A stretch of 64,000 nt of DNA, taken from the NCBI GenBank assembly GCA_010909165.1, contig MU008198.1, positions 186,001 to 250,000 on the forward strand, in the 5' to 3' direction. Below the pieces are notes generated by a model. It saw only the letters and a program-made list of their open reading frames with translations. It was not told the origin of the DNA and searched no databases. This document shows positions 12,901 through 26,833 of this stretch, in pieces. How positions within the stretch are numbered: position 1 is the stretch's first letter; each line of letters opens with the position of its first letter. Source of the stretch: Anthoceros angustus. Lineage: Eukaryota > Plantae > Anthocerotophyta. A program made the position numbers and the translations under genes.

Positions 12901-13713
12901 GCAACGACCAGCCGCGCAGTGCTGTTGGTGAAGACTGCAAGTTTGTTTTTGTTTTTACGGAGTCCCGAGTTCCCGAGTCCCGACTGAGCCCGGAGCCGGG
13001 ACCCCGGAACCCGGAACCCGGAACCCGGTCCGCGACTGGGTGCTGGGCGTGAGCAGCGCGCGTGTGATCCCTGAAACGTTGTTGGCCTGGTCCGTGCAGA
13101 TAACCGTACGAGGCGTTCGGCGATAGGATCGGAGAGTTGTGTGGCCATGTTCATATTTGCCATCCCAAGCCACTTGCGTCTGTGGACTGGGTGCAAACGA
13201 GTCTGCGCAGTAGTGCACGAAAGGCGCTTCTGGAGGGGTACACATTGTGCCTCGGGGGATCGGAGCGGGGGGTGGGTCCCGCCTCCGAGTTCCGACCGGC
13301 AGGGGGGCAAGAGGCCACTGCCTCTCTTCCCCGGCGCCGGGTGTGTCAAGAAGAGCGTTGGCTCGGACGGGCCTGCCGAGATGAGATGGAGCTGTGTGTG
13401 ATGGGATCTCTGTGAGAGTTTTGAGCCTGCCGTTGATGCAAGCGGAGGAAGGCGTGCGAGAGGCGCCGTGGCGGGAGGGACGCAGTAGCGAGGACTGCGT
13501 TGCCTGCGCGCCGAGTCACACATCTGCTTCTGCCTCGGCCTCTGCCTCTGCCTCTGCCGCGGCTGCGGCTGCGGGGCCTGCATTTCCTCCTGCCCTGGCT
13601 TTTGCAATTGCAGCTCCCGGCGCCGCAGCAGCTGGCATTGCTCAGATCCGGCTCTTCCGCTCCGGCAGCTCCTCGCTGCGGCCGGGCGCCGGACCTCCCG
13701 AGGGCGCAGCACC

Positions 13714-15686
13714 ATGAGATGCAGCTCCAAAGTCAAGGTCCTGGGCCTGTCCCAGGCCAAAGTTTCCAAGCTGTGCAGGCGGGCGCGGCCCGTGGGCTGG
13801 GCGCTGCTGCTGGTTGCGGCGCTGCAGCTTGCGGCTCTCTACTCCGGGCTCTACGACATTGTGTCCTACAGCGAGGAATCCGCAGCTTTGAAGCGGGGGG
13901 AGGCAGATCCCGACGCTGCGCCGCCGCTGCGGCAGCTGACGCCGCTGGCTGGCCGGTTTGTGCACTTCAGTGCCTACAGGTGAGGGAGGCAGGGATTTGA
14001 TTTGATTTTGTTTTGTTTTGTTGTGCCATTCTCTGTCTGCTGGCTTTGCATCCCGCTGCATGGAGGCGGCCTGCTGTGCTCTAAATGTTGGATGGAATTG
14101 GAATGGGTGGAATTTGTCGGCAGGCAATCCCCCAAAGCCTTCTACGTCATCGGGCTGTACAACAGGAACCCGCGGGTGCCGGGGAATCCCGTGGATGCGT
14201 GCGTGTGGCGGGCGGGGGCGCGGAGCGGGAATGGGAGCGACCTGCGGTTGCATGAGCTCAACACCACGGCTGTGGTGCACTACATCAAGATGGACGAGCA
14301 CCGCGTCCCCTACGCGGTGGCGGTTGTCAAGTGCGAGTTTGAGAGGGATATCGGACCCGGCCTCGGGTCGGGAGGCCGGCTCTATCTCGACATCCCGACC
14401 TTTAAAAGGGTAAGCCATGTCCACAGCTCACCGCGTGCTACTGTTTGTTTCAGTCTGAGCCGGTGTTACTTGAGGGCGGCGTCATCACCATCGCCAGGGC
14501 ACATGCAGGGCTTTTCCAGGTACGGGAGGATCGAGTGGAGGTTCTCCAAGATGGAGACGGTGCTGGCACTCCGCGAGGAGCGCAACGGCTTCTCCGATTT
14601 TCAGGCCGTGGCGGTGAGGCCTTATCCGCACAAGTACGCCTTCTGCGGGCCTCCTATTGCAGGGAAGCATATTCGGCAATACTGGATCACGCACTGGCTG
14701 ACCTACCACATGTATATTATGGAGGGGAATGCACACTTCTTCTTCTACAACGTGGGCGGGCTCACGGAGGAAGCCCGGAATTTGTTGGATCCTTTTGTTG
14801 AAGCAGGATTTGTGACCATCACCGATGTGCTTGATGACGACCGGTACCCGTCTTGGTATCACGCGCAGGTGGGCCAGCTTCATATCAGATCTTTGCACCT
14901 TTGAAGTTGTTCTGCTTAACAAACTTCTGCTCTCACATTCTCTGCCTGGCTTTCTAACCATTTCCTCTTGCAACTTGTTGGAAGGCAGGTGCTATTTATC
15001 AACGACTGCTTGCATCGCACGCGCTTTGTCTCGGACTGGACTTTTTTTTTCGATTTGGACGAGTTGCTCTACTTCCAACCTCCGCTTACTCTGGGGGCCC
15101 TGCTTGAGGCCAACGCCGATGCAAGTTTCATGTCCTTGGGCAGCTGGCCTGTGGCCACCAGCGTATGTAGAGAAGCAAGGTTTGTCAATGAGTGGCCTCT
15201 TGAGCGGATGCTGTACAAGAAACAGCCCGGTCCTGAATGCAGGTAATCACAGGCTGTGCTTATTAGCAAACTTGTTCCACTTTGATTGAGGTAAAGGTTT
15301 GTGGGGTTGGCCCTGACAAGTGGTGCGGGGTGGGGTTGGCTTGGCTTGGCAGGGGCTCCCACAGCAGGTGGTTTTGTCCCGAGAATGCAGGGCGGAGGAA
15401 GTTCGTGTTGAACCCTAGGAAAGTGTTCACAGCAGGTGTGCACAGCCTCGTGGAACCAGAGAACCAGGATATCATATTGAATGCGACAACAGCCAGGATA
15501 GATCACTACCGGGGGATTCTATCCCTCCAAACCAAGGAGTGTACAAAGACCAGAGATGACAACATCACACCCTACCAAGACCGGCGTTTCTTCAGAAGAT
15601 ACTTCAGGGATGATACAATCCCTACCATTGTTGGCCAAGCCAGGCAGTCTGTGCCTCCAATGCTTGCGGATGCAGTTTTTGGGTGA
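13714..15686 (+). CDS. Glycosyltransferase family 92 (GALS/DUF23-like), paralog 1; exons ~13714-13979, 14124-14409, ~14509-14868, 14989-15242, 15368-15686
   Basis: N-terminal TM segment and the motifs FVHFSAYR, YAFCGPP, WLTYH, HFFFYNVGG, QVLFINDCLHRTRF...FFDLDE (DxD), RRKFVLNPRKVFTAGVH and IDHYRG. GT-AG introns join these in frame. The acceptor of intron 2 is uncertain. Confidence 0.88.
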
Positions 15687-16429
15687 GGCGGTGTGACGGT
15701 TGCTGCTGCTCAAGCCTACTATGAGCATCAAGCATACCTTGTATACTAGAGATATTCATTCATTCTCGCGGGAACCGAGCAGACGAAGCTTCACTGCGGT
15801 GCTTCTCCAAAGGAGCTTGTACAAACATACATAATTCAAAGTAGGTTGAGAGGCGAGCTGGAAGGCCTGAGCAGGCCTGGAACGGGTGTTTGAGTGGGAA
15901 GGTTTTCTCATTGGAGGAGGTGGCATGTCAGACGTCGTGTATTCCGCTTTTCATGATTCGCACATACATGTCGGAACCTCTTCGCGTCCGCGACTATGTT
16001 ATTTATCGCTTGGACGTGCGAATTGGAGGTGGTTGCACAGTTTATTCCCAAAAAAGCAACAAGCCAATGCGATCCGAGGGAGATCAAGCCAATCCAGGGT
16101 AGGTGTCCAGTCTCATTCACCGTCCACTTTATATGCACAACAAATCCGAGCTGCTTTCTTTCACCGTCCACTGTACATGCACGAGGCCTGGCTGCTTTCC
16201 ACTCGGCGAACGGCCAGCGCTCTTATCATATGTGTGTGACTGTCTGTGGCTGCAGGCGGCCGTTTGGAGATCCTGTCCATCCGCAACGATCCCTTCAAAG
16301 AATTACATGTGCAGATGTGTCTACCGAGATAAAGATTTACAGATATTAAGCGCTTGTTGCCACGGTACGGCCTTGTGGGCCACAGTACGGCCTTAACAGC
16401 GACAGTACGGGTACGGCCTTCTGGGGAGC

Positions 16430-16545
16430 CGATTTGTACATACAGTATGTACAAATGTATGTACATATGTATGTATGATTATAATTGTATATATCCAGGC
16501 CAGTTTGCGCATATGTATGTACGTACATATGTATATGCTCGTACA
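16430..16545. repeat. TATG/TA-rich low-complexity microsatellite
   Basis: tgtacatacagtatgtacaaatgtatgtacatatgtatgtatg... and tatgtatgtacgtacatatgtatatg. Confidence 0.6.
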
Positions 16546-17443
16546 GATGCAGGTACGCAGTCAGGCCTACTGCACGTGCCAGTGCCTATGGCACAGCGCC
16601 GGGATCTGTCCCGTGTGGAAGGCTGTGAGAGCCGCATTGTTGCCAGAGCCTGATGACGCAATCGGTGTGACTTCCGATGGGCGATGGGCCATGGGCCGAT
16701 CGCCCTCCACAACATAAATGCTACTAGAAAGCCTCGAGAAATCCCACCCAATAGTCGATGTGACAAGGTGGTGACCGGCCGCCGGGGCGGCCGGTCACTC
16801 CGCTCCATGCTCAGAAGTTATAACCCTTTTTCCCTTCACATGTTGGCCCGCACGTCGCACTCGCCTTCACCTTTGTGCCAAGGCCGCTGACCTTCGGTGA
16901 CCGGTGCAGCCAGTACCCGGTGGACAAGGCGAGGCCGATGTGTGTCATCAGTCCGTCCAGCTGTTGCGTGACGAGACCGCTGCTCTAACAGCTGCCTCCC
17001 TTTGTTGGCAAGCCCCGCCCGAGGCTCGAGTCCCGACCTCGCAGCCTGCTCGCTCTCGATCGGTTGACCGTCCCGCAGGCGCAACCAGCGTCATGAATTT
17101 CACGTACGGCTTCGGCTTCGGCTTCCTCCCGTTGCTTGGTTGCTTGCATCGGCGCCCACTTATCAAATCGGCCCGGCATGGCCCGCTCTTCCCTGCTGTA
17201 CGACCCGCCCCGTATCGATGCCATTGAGCATGGCCCGTGAAGCTCCGGGCAGGAAGCAATCACGTCCTGGATGTCCTGGATGACCCGTCCCCTTCCTCTT
17301 CCGCCCTCGCCAATGACCTACGCTTTCAAGGTGGGGGACAGCTCCGCCTGCCGGAAGCATCCACAAGGTCCGGGGATGCAGACATAGCGTGACGGAAGAG
17401 GACGAAGAGGAGGAGGAGGAGGAGGAGGAACGCTTGCGGTAGC

Positions 17444-19296
17444 ATGACCAAATGCGGGGCGCACGCTGTGCGGGACGTGCTTGTCACGGTCGCCCTCATG
17501 ACCGCCCTGCAGGTGGCCGCTGCCCTGTTCGGGCTCTACGGGAAGACGCGGCTTTTGTCCTCCGGCAGCTGCAGGGCTGGCAGGGATGGGCTCGCAGGGC
17601 CCCGCTCCTTCATGGGTCCCGAGGGGGACCTCCAGGCGTCCCCGCAGCAAAGGCAGTTCGTGGCCATGGGCCAGCCGCATTACCAATTCGTGCACTTCAG
17701 TGCCTACAGGTAAATCGCTGGGACTGTCTCTCAATTGTGAGTCCTGTCTGTGGCAATTCCGGCTCAGACAGAGGCTGAGAGCAGCAGGCACCTCCGGGCC
17801 TTGGGTGCAGGGAATCCCTCACCACGTTCTACATCGTCGGGCTGACATCACGCTTGACTCGGGAGTATGACAAGCCTGTGTACTCGTGCATCTGGCACCC
17901 TGGGGATGCCTCCGCTGTGGTGCCCAACACCACGGCCGAGGTGGACTACATCAGGCACGACGAGCATGACGTGCCTTATGGAGTGGCGGTGGTGAGGTGC
18001 GCCTTCAAGGAGAGTGTCGGATCTCATGGGTCAGGGGGGGGGCGGCTCTACATCACTGTGGCATCGGGGCCTCCAGTGGGGATGGTAGGAGGACCGTGTG
18101 GGGAATTTTGTGTGCCGTCTGGGGGAAGGGGCTGAGTCTGTGCTGGTGCTCTTTTGCTACAGGTGCAGCGGGTGTTGGTGAAACAAGAGGAACCCACCAG
18201 CGGTGCGGCAGATCTGGTCAGTAGGTCGAGGCCGTTCCGACACAAGTATGCCTTCTGCGGGCCCCCGATTGCGGGCGAGATCCGTCAGGACTGGATACAG
18301 CAGTGGCTCACCTACCATCTGCACGTTTTCAAGGGGCAGGCTCACTTCTTCTTCTACAATGTGGGGGGCCTGTCGGAGGCAGGACGGAAGCTGTTGGATC
18401 CCTTTGTGCAAGCAGGGTTTGTGACCATCACTGAAGTTATGGATGATCGCTTGTTTCCATCTTGGTACCACGCCCAGGTATCACCACACTTGTACTGCTT
18501 GCAACCTTGAGCTCAAACCACCAGCAGGCCAGGAGCAACAACAAGAAAGAGAGACTGAAACAGATTGGGTGTTGGGTGACTGTGTCCAGGTGTTGTTCAT
18601 AAACGATTGCCTCCATCGGACTCGGTTCCTCGCGGACTGGACGCTCTTGTACGACTTCGACGAGTTCCTCTACCTCGAGCCTGGTTTCACCATGGACTCT
18701 GTGCTGGAAGCCCACTCAAATGCCAGCATTCTCACACTTGGGAACTGGCCTGTGGGAACAGCTCACTGCAGGCCAGCAAGGAACGATGATGAATGGCCTG
18801 TTCAGCGGATGGTGTTCAAGAAGCAGCCTGGGCCAGAATGCAGGTAACTTCAAACTCTCACCTCGCCACCCCGGTCTCACCATAAGCAGTAGGTGAAGAT
18901 GCTATATATAGCACATGTATCCAAAAACGTTAACCTTCTCACCGGACAATGAACTTGTGAAGGAAACCCGAGGAGCACTCGATTTGGCTCTGCCCTGGGG
19001 CAATGGGACGTCGAAAGATGATCGTGAACCCCCTCAAAGTGTTCACAGCTGGCGTGCACCGGGCCATGAGGCCAAGCAGGAGCGAGGAGGAGCTTGATGC
19101 AGCCGTGGTGAGACTGGATCACTTCAGAGGAATGCTTTCGGCAAAGAGCAAATTGTGTCCACTCACATGGAACATGTCCGACCTTTCGGAACAATACTTC
19201 TCCTTGTATGTCAAGCCTGAGGACACTCTCTCCGTGGAAATAGCCCATGCCAGAGATTCTGTTCCCCTTCTCTACTTGACACATGCAAGAGTTTAG
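17444..19296 (+). CDS. GT92 (GALS-like) paralog 2; exons 17444-17709, 17811-18084, 18163-18477, 18590-18843, 18963-19296
   Basis: Same motifs (FVHFSAYR, KYAFCGPP, WLTYH, FINDCLHRTRF, YDFDE, RRKMIVNPLKVFTAGVH, LDHFRG). All four introns are GT-AG and keep the frame. Confidence 0.9.
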
Positions 19297-20410
19297 CTAC
19301 CCTTCTACCAAGTTCTCTCTTTTGTGGATGCGACCCTGCCAGATTAGTCCTTGCCGTTTGTGCTGAGGAGTAAAATTCTGGGGGAAAGAGACACGACTCA
19401 AGATTCTATCAGATGCCAAACATCCAGCCAGCTGCACCTGCTAAACGCAGGACAGTGCACCAGGCGGCAGCCATGGTCAAAGGAACCATAACAGTTGTGG
19501 GAGGGAGTGTGTTGTCAAACGAACTTATTTTACTACCCAACGAGCTGCGATCGTCGCCAGTCTGCTGTACGTCCAGGCGCGTTATAATGGTAGTTGTCAT
19601 GGCCACAGGCAGCTGGCATTCAGCATCCTGTCAAGGGTTCTTCTCCCTGCGCAAGTTGTTGCTGAATCGAGGGGCATCAATTTCGTTGCGCCCAGGCCTA
19701 GAGCAGGTGCGTCCCACGGGAGGAGGAGACCTGGAGCACTGCAATTGCCAAGTGCAGTGAGAGCAACCCTCCACGACGCCGGCCCGGAACGCGAAATTGC
19801 ATGCTTTTCCAGGAGAGCCTTTAAATGCACACATCTGGGTTATAGCACACTCTCTGGAGTGCCGTGTTTTCCTCGCTGATGCTGCCAATTCCTCTATTAC
19901 ACTATTCCATCACTGTAGATGGAGCCAATGTGATTCACGCTGTTTGCCCTTAAAAACTGGGCTTGCCAGCCACTTGCATGCCAGACACTTGTCCATCGGC
20001 ATTGAATGCGTCTTACCAGTCTTTTCCACCGGCGTTTCCACCGTATGGAAGACAGCATTGGACAGAACGAAGTGCCCTTACATGGCCGTGGGTCTACGCA
20101 GTCACCGCCCAGCTCAAGGATGGTCTGTCCAACCCACGGTGGAAGAGCGGTGATACCGCGAGGCGGGAACACCCACCGCCTTCGCCGATTCCACCTCGGA
20201 CACATCTGACTGACTTCACTATGGACAATGCCAAGCTAGGGGAGGACATCAGGCAGTTGAGCTGGCCTGATTGGCAGGGAGACAGGCTGCCCTGCCCAGC
20301 ACTGGCTCTACAACTGGAACTTCGAAGAGTCCTGAGTCGTGAGGAAGCCAGAGCGCAGGCTGTGCGGTTTCTCCCTTTCAAGCTCCCTGGAAGCCGTTCG
20401 TGGAGGAAGG

Positions 20411-22385
20411 TCACCTTAACCGATTCACCGATGATGACTTCAGATAACGTTGTGGAACAGAAATCCTGGCTTGAGCTATGGCTTCTGAGAGGGTCTCCTC
20501 AGGTTCCACGTAGAGCTTGGAGTATTTGGGGTTCCTGTGCTGGTCCGGGAAGCTGGAGACGTTCCAGGTATCAACGCACAGGGGTAATCTCTTGGAAAGA
20601 GCTCCTCGGAAGTGATCCAGTCTCACCACGGATGCATTCAGATGCACCTCGGCATTCATAGGCCTGACAGCGTGGTGGACAGCCGCTGCTGTTACCTTTA
20701 GAGGATCCAAGACCATTTTGCGACGGCCCCATAGTCTGGGACACAGCCACACAGAGAAGTCTTCGGGTTTCCTGTCCAAACAAAGCACATGAATGCAATG
20801 AGCCATCTGCCTGGATTGTCCTGTTCAAGCATCGGAGTGCATCGATATCACGACCATGATGCACATAGGAAAGCCCTGGAGACACTTCAACTTTTAAACA
20901 ATTTCCGGTCAGCCCTTACTTGCATTCAGGCCCCGGCTGTTTCTTGAAAACCATGCGCTGGATGGGCCATTCATCAGAATTCTTTGCGGGCCTGCAGTGA
21001 GACGTTCCCACCGGCCAGCTTCCCATGGTAACGCCTGTTGCATTCCCAGGAAGGTTTTCAAAAATACCCGCCAGTGTGAGGGGTGGTTGCAAGTAGATGA
21101 ACTCGTCAAAGTCGAAGAAGAAAGCCCAATTCGCAAGGAAGCGACTTCGATGAAGGCAATCGTTGATGAACAGCACCTACGGGGACGCCCATGAAACAGG
21201 CTCGATACCAGGTGTACATACATAACCAGCGCATGCAATGTCGACGGTCCCGCAAAGCAATTCAAGAAGGACGAGGTGTGCAAGAGTGGTACCAACCTGG
21301 GCATGGTACCAAGATGGATACACGAACTCATCAGCGAAGTTGGTGATTGTCAAAAACCCTCTTGAAATGAACGGCTCCAAGAGCTTAAGACCCTCCTCTG
21401 CGAGACCGCCCACATTGTAGAAGAAAAAATGAGCCTTCCCCTCCATGAGGTAAAGGTGATACGTGAGCCACTGCTGCAGCAGCTCATGGCTCACATTTCC
21501 TGCAAGCGGGGCGCTGCAGAAGGAATACTTGAACGGGGGAGGCCCTGCCGCCTGAGCAGCAAAGCTGCTATTCGCTCCTTCTTGCAGCACCATCGCCTCC
21601 TGAACCTGTGCGCTTTGCAATGGCGAGCAAGGGGGGTGTAAGTAAATATTGCAGCCAGCTTCAAGAATTCTCACCACTGTTGGACAATGCTTGGCCACAC
21701 GTTGGACTTGCTGCATACCGCTCCTTTAGGGGGCCCGGAGGACACAGAAAGATAGAGCCGGCCTCCGAGAGCATCAGCGCCCACCCGTTGACGAAACCTG
21801 CACTCCACCACCAGCACGCCGTAGGCAACATCGTGCTCGTCATACTTGATGTACTGCAGCTTGGCGGCGGTGGTGACGCTAGCGCTGGAACCCTGGTATG
21901 ACACATCCCCAGGACGCCAAACGCAATCGTAGACAGCCTTGTCATAATCACGCGTAATCCGCGAAGACAGGCCGATGACAAAGAAGGATGCGAGGGATTC
22001 CCTGCACATGCACCGAGCGGAATCGTTCAGATGCCGCAGAAGAGCACGGTTTGCCTGTACACAGCAGCAGAGGGGGAATCGTTCACCTGTAGGCGCTGTA
22101 CCGCACGAACTGGTAATGCGGCTGCCCCAAGGACGTGAGCTGCCTCTGCTCAGGAGGCTTCAAATCGGGAGCAGCATTGGAATCGCCCAGCAATTCCTGT
22201 CCACGAAGCGCACCGGGCTGGGGCTGGGGCTGGGGCAATCTGAAGCCCAGGACCACGGACGCGATGGCACTGGTGCACGACAGCAGACGGTGCTCGTGGT
22301 ACAGCCCCAAGAAGGCTGCCGACACCTGAAGAGCCGCAACCAGGACCGTGACCCGCACCGCAAGCTGCATCTTGCTGCTCGTCAT
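20411..22385 (-). CDS. GT92 (GALS-like) paralog 3, inverted; exons 22385-22087, 22001-21719, 21605-21297, 21176-20920, 20771-20411
   Basis: Motifs FVRYSAYR, KYSFCSAP, WLTYH, FINDCLHRSRF, FFDFDE, RRKMVLDPLKVTAAAVH and LDHFRG. The four intron positions match paralogs 1 and 2. Confidence 0.9.
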
Positions 22386-25300
22386 TTCCAAACTCCTAAC
22401 ACAAACATGCAGCAGCACCAGCTTCTGCTTCTGCTCCGCGTCTACGAGTCCGCCGGATCGGACCCCGCCGGTTACTGGCGGCCCAGCTGCCGCCGGGAAC
22501 TCCACTTTAAGCGAATCCTGAGAAGGCCACCCGTCGATCGGCCATCCTTGCGCGCAATCATGTGGACAACAGCTGGCCTACGGGCTGTTATTAGTTTTGC
22601 TTGTCTAGTCGCAGGGAGCGGGTAGCCAGGGGAGGGAGGGCATCCTCGCCGCGGCATCGCCTCACCTTCCATTCGTCTCCTCCAGGTCAATGAAGGAAAG
22701 CTCTCCGGCTCGCCTGCCCGCCTACAACAACCAAAGTTTATGGCCCCTCAAAAATAACGCCCTCCGCCCCCTCCGTCGCCGTTCCGCCACGTTGCGAGGT
22801 ACGAGAGCATCATAACATACGTGTTTGCATTAATGCCAAACGTCCACCATACAAGTGATCGAAAGTGTTTCTCTCGTGCAGAAAACGACTGCAGTCACTA
22901 CATATTCCGGCGTGTCATTGGACGCCTCTTGCATACGCCGTATTTGTGTTTGAAAGATAGTGGAGTGTGAGCAATCTTGCGCGGTGGCCGCGTGACCCGA
23001 GGTGCGGCTCATGCGGTACGAGTACGGCCCGGGCGAGCGAGGCGGTAGTGCGTCGCGGTAGGAGCACGGCCTGGACGGGCGAGGCGGGAGGGCGCCAGGT
23101 GTAATTCATCGCCCACCCACTGACGCCTTGGCAAGTATTACTTGTCACCTTCATCCTCAACTAATTTACTATGTTTAGCTTCTAAGATGATGCTCAGGCT
23201 TTTGGTCTCAACTTTCTCACCAATGACATGTGATTTTGCAGCGGTCTAAGCATGGAGAGCATAACAAGACCTTTTTATGTCTAAAATATTTTTTCGATCG
23301 AAAATTACTTTAGAAATTGATCATGAAGTTTCAGATTTTGGTATGCTTTCGTGATGTTTGATAGAATTTTAACAATTATTCAGTCACAAAATGTGGAATG
23401 TGTGAGAATGTGCTAGATACCATTATGTTCAGTTGAGCGAGCTCTACAAGACCACATGTCTATCATGTTTTTTCGAGCTGGAACCACTTCAAAAATCGAC
23501 CATAAAGTTGCAGATTTTACACTTATTCGCAGTTGTTTTGTAAGAGAGTGGAAGGTGTGCACATTCAAGTTACATTTCTCTTGTGAGCATCTTAAATCAT
23601 AGTGAATTTGGAAACGTGGTGTAGCCTGCAGTTTGGAGATGATTAAGTATGTGGAAAGAGAGTGCTATTGTGGTAGGCAACTTGGCTACTCCCCGCGAGA
23701 ATAATAAGGCATGGCAACTAAAACTTCCTAGGAGTTCTTGGCCACTCAAATATGCTAGCGCTATGGCCCCTTACTCGCTTCCCACTTCCTATGCCCAACT
23801 CCTAGCTCACGACATCTCTTTCCTACAGTCAGACCTCCACCTCGCTTAAATGCGCCAAGACAAGATGGAATCAAGCTTGCTAGAAGCTGTCACTGTGTCA
23901 GGCTTGTTTCCGGAGGCTTGTTTCCGGTTGCCCTACTGAACCTAGCAGAGGCTCCGACTCCCACACCTCCCACGCACTCTGAATCTCTAGCGTGCAAGTT
24001 GGCACCGCCTAGTCGTTGCTTGAGAGGCTGACACTCGGGGCCGAAACCTGCAAGCTACATCATGTCTGATCATGTCTTCATTTCTTGGCACATCTCCTAT
24101 GACAAGCCTGATGCCATGGTCTAATGCCACAAGTCCTCTAGAATTCGCTTTTCCCTCAACCATTGTCTTGCTTCCCAATACTCCTCTCTTTTGAAAAGGT
24201 CCTTGGCTGCCATTCCTCCTGGCCTTCCCTTCTCCCAACAAGCCACTTCTTTCACTTCTACCATGTTGTCTTCTACAAATGAAATCTTTCCCCCTAAACC
24301 TTCTCATCTTGTCAAACTCTCCAACACTGCTCCTTGCCACCCTTGGTTTGATAATGAATGCAAACACCTTCGCTCTCACACCCAAAAGTGCCTCCGTGCT
24401 CTCAATATCCCATCCAAGTCCCATCATTTCCGTTGTATAAGGCAATTGTCAAGCCTTATAAGGCTCTCATTGCTTTCAAAAAGTCTGCTTTCTTTTCCTC
24501 CCAGCGTGATCGCCTCTTGAGGCTTCTCAAGGAATCCACTGGGGTGCTGCTTTTTAGAAGGAGTACGACTCTCAGCGAACCATCCTATTGCAAGCGTCTC
24601 CTAAACTTACCAACTATGTGTAAACTCTCTTCTTCTGCCGAACTTTTCTCCTATGCAGCTCCTTCTATTATTGCCCCTCCCTTAGGTGCTTTACTCAATG
24701 AGGCCTTAGTCCATGGATTTCTTGAGGCCTGGTGTTGGAATGGCATCCATTCCATCTTCAAGACAGGTGATCCACAGCTCCCGTCCAACTACAGGTATAT
24801 TATGGTCGAGTCCATCTTTGCCAAGATCTTTAGTTCCTGCTTGGAAATTCTCACTACTTCTTGGGCTGAGAATGCTGGCATTAGGGCAAGGGGCCAGGCT
24901 AGGTCTCGTCCGGAGCGAAATACTCAAGACAATCTTTTCACTCTCATTGCTACTATTCAGGAGGCAAAAAGGAGACGAAAGGATAACATACATGTTTATG
25001 TTTGTTTTGTTGACTTCAAGCGTGCTTTCGACTCTCTCTCCCGGGAGAAGCTCTTTGCCCGCCTCCATAGGTTGGGGATGCATGCTCATCTTTTACATGC
25101 TATTGAGATCCTCTATGGAAAGGTGAAGGCTAGGATCCGCACACCCTATGCTGCTTTTGATCTTCTAGATTTACTTTGCAATATGGGAGTGCGGCAAGGG
25201 GATCCATCTTCTCCTAACCTATTTGGCCTGTACATTGATGAGCTGGAGTCTTGGATTGCGGAGTCTGGAGATCATGTTTGCCTCCTCTCCTTCGTGCGTA

Positions 25301-25772
25301 TAGCTATTCTCTTGTATGCAGATGACATTGCCCTTTTGTCCCATTCTCCTGAGGGCCTTCAACAGCAACTAGCCACATTGTCCTGCTTCTGCATGGCAAG
25401 AGATTTGGAAGTGAACTTGAAGAAGACCAAGGTCATGTTTTTCAACCGACGGGATCCTGTCGAGCACAATCTGAAGTTCTTCTACAATGGTGAGCCTGTG
25501 GAGGTCGTTCGATCTTATGTCTACCTAGGTGGCACTCTCTATGGCCCGACACTCCAGTGGAAGCTCTCTGCCTCTGCTCGCATTGTCAAGGATATGGCAT
25601 TTGCATATGGGGTTCGGAGACAGTGCTCTAGGATGCACATCAAGGAAATCCCCACTCAGCAATGGCTCTTCAATACAGTTGTTGTTCCTTTGGCTATGTA
25701 TGCGGCCAAGTTTTGGGGACTCTATCTCTCCTCGATGATGCAAGGTGGAGGAGAGCCTTGACGTAAGTCCCC

Positions 25773-26235
25773 CTTGCCACCTTTCTTGCAAAGTTTGCCA
25801 ATTTCCTGCTTGAACTTGAGGGTCTATTTCGCCTAACCAACTTCCTATATCGCCTTTACTCTTTAGAAGAAGCTCATTCTAATCATCCCAGCTCCACTCC
25901 ATCATACCTCCTTCTTGCATTCCAGTCATCCTGGAAGTTAGCCTCCTTAGGAAACAAGACCTGTTGGTATGCCCAGTCTTCTTCCTAGGCTCGAGAAGTT
26001 TGATTCGATTCGAGTCTTGCCACCTTTCTTGCAAAGTTTGCCAATTTCCTGCTTGAACTTGAGGGTCTATTTCGCCTAACCAACTTCCTATATCGCCTTT
26101 ACTCTTTAGAAGAAGCTCATTCTAATCATCCCAGCTCCACTCCATCATACCTCCTTCTTGCATTCCAATCATAAGTTAGCCTCCTTAGGAAACAAGACAC
26201 AGTATGCAGTCTTCTTCCTAGGCTCGAGAAGTTTT
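25773..26235 (+). repeat. ~243-bp tandem duplication inside the LINE
   Basis: cttgccacctttcttgcaaagtttgccaatttcctgcttgaacttgagggtc... starts at both 25773 and 26016. Confidence 0.85.
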
Positions 26236-26833
26236 GGATTACGAGAGTCTTCCCCACCCCTCTTCTTCTTCCCCTCCTCCGAATAAGTCCATCCGACTTG
26301 AACAGCAAACTACTTATTTGTCTTATACTTGGTCTCCTATCTCTCCCTTACCCACTAAGCTAAAAACTTACAAACAACTTTTTCGTATCCTCTCCAACTC
26401 TGGGAAACCAATGCTTCCTCTCTATCTTCGCATCCATGTGTCCTTCAAGCTTAGGATGATTATGGGTCATCTTCGGGTGGGGTCCCACCATCTCAGGGTT
26501 GAGACTGATAGATGGCTGCGTCCAAAGCCACCTAAGAAGACCCAAATATACAGGTTATGCAATGGGGATGTTGAGACTGAGGAACACTTTGTTTTCCTCT
26601 ATCCCATATATGAAGATATCAGGCATATATTTATGAATCTATTTACAATAGCTCGATCTTCACGCAGGGGTTTTTTCAATTTTCCTGACCCTATTATTGC
26701 AGGAGTATGCTTGAAACAAATGTGGGAAATGAGGACCACCCAAATTCAACTTCTCAATTTGCCGGATATTTGATCATGCTTCATAGCACTAGTCTCTAGG
26801 CTAGACTCAGAATAGCAGTTAATTTTTATGATA

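Noticed and set aside
12825-14424. Long minus-strand ORFs of 314 and 260 aa
   Set aside because: They are antisense shadows of the GC-rich GT92 5' region and its simple repeats, with no domain signal.
16771-16815. Helitron 3' terminus suggested by the GC hairpin
   Set aside because: There is no CTRR at the expected distance on either strand.
19963-20661. 232-aa plus-strand ORF between the convergent GT92 genes
   Set aside because: It partly overlaps paralog 3 in antisense and has no recognisable domain.
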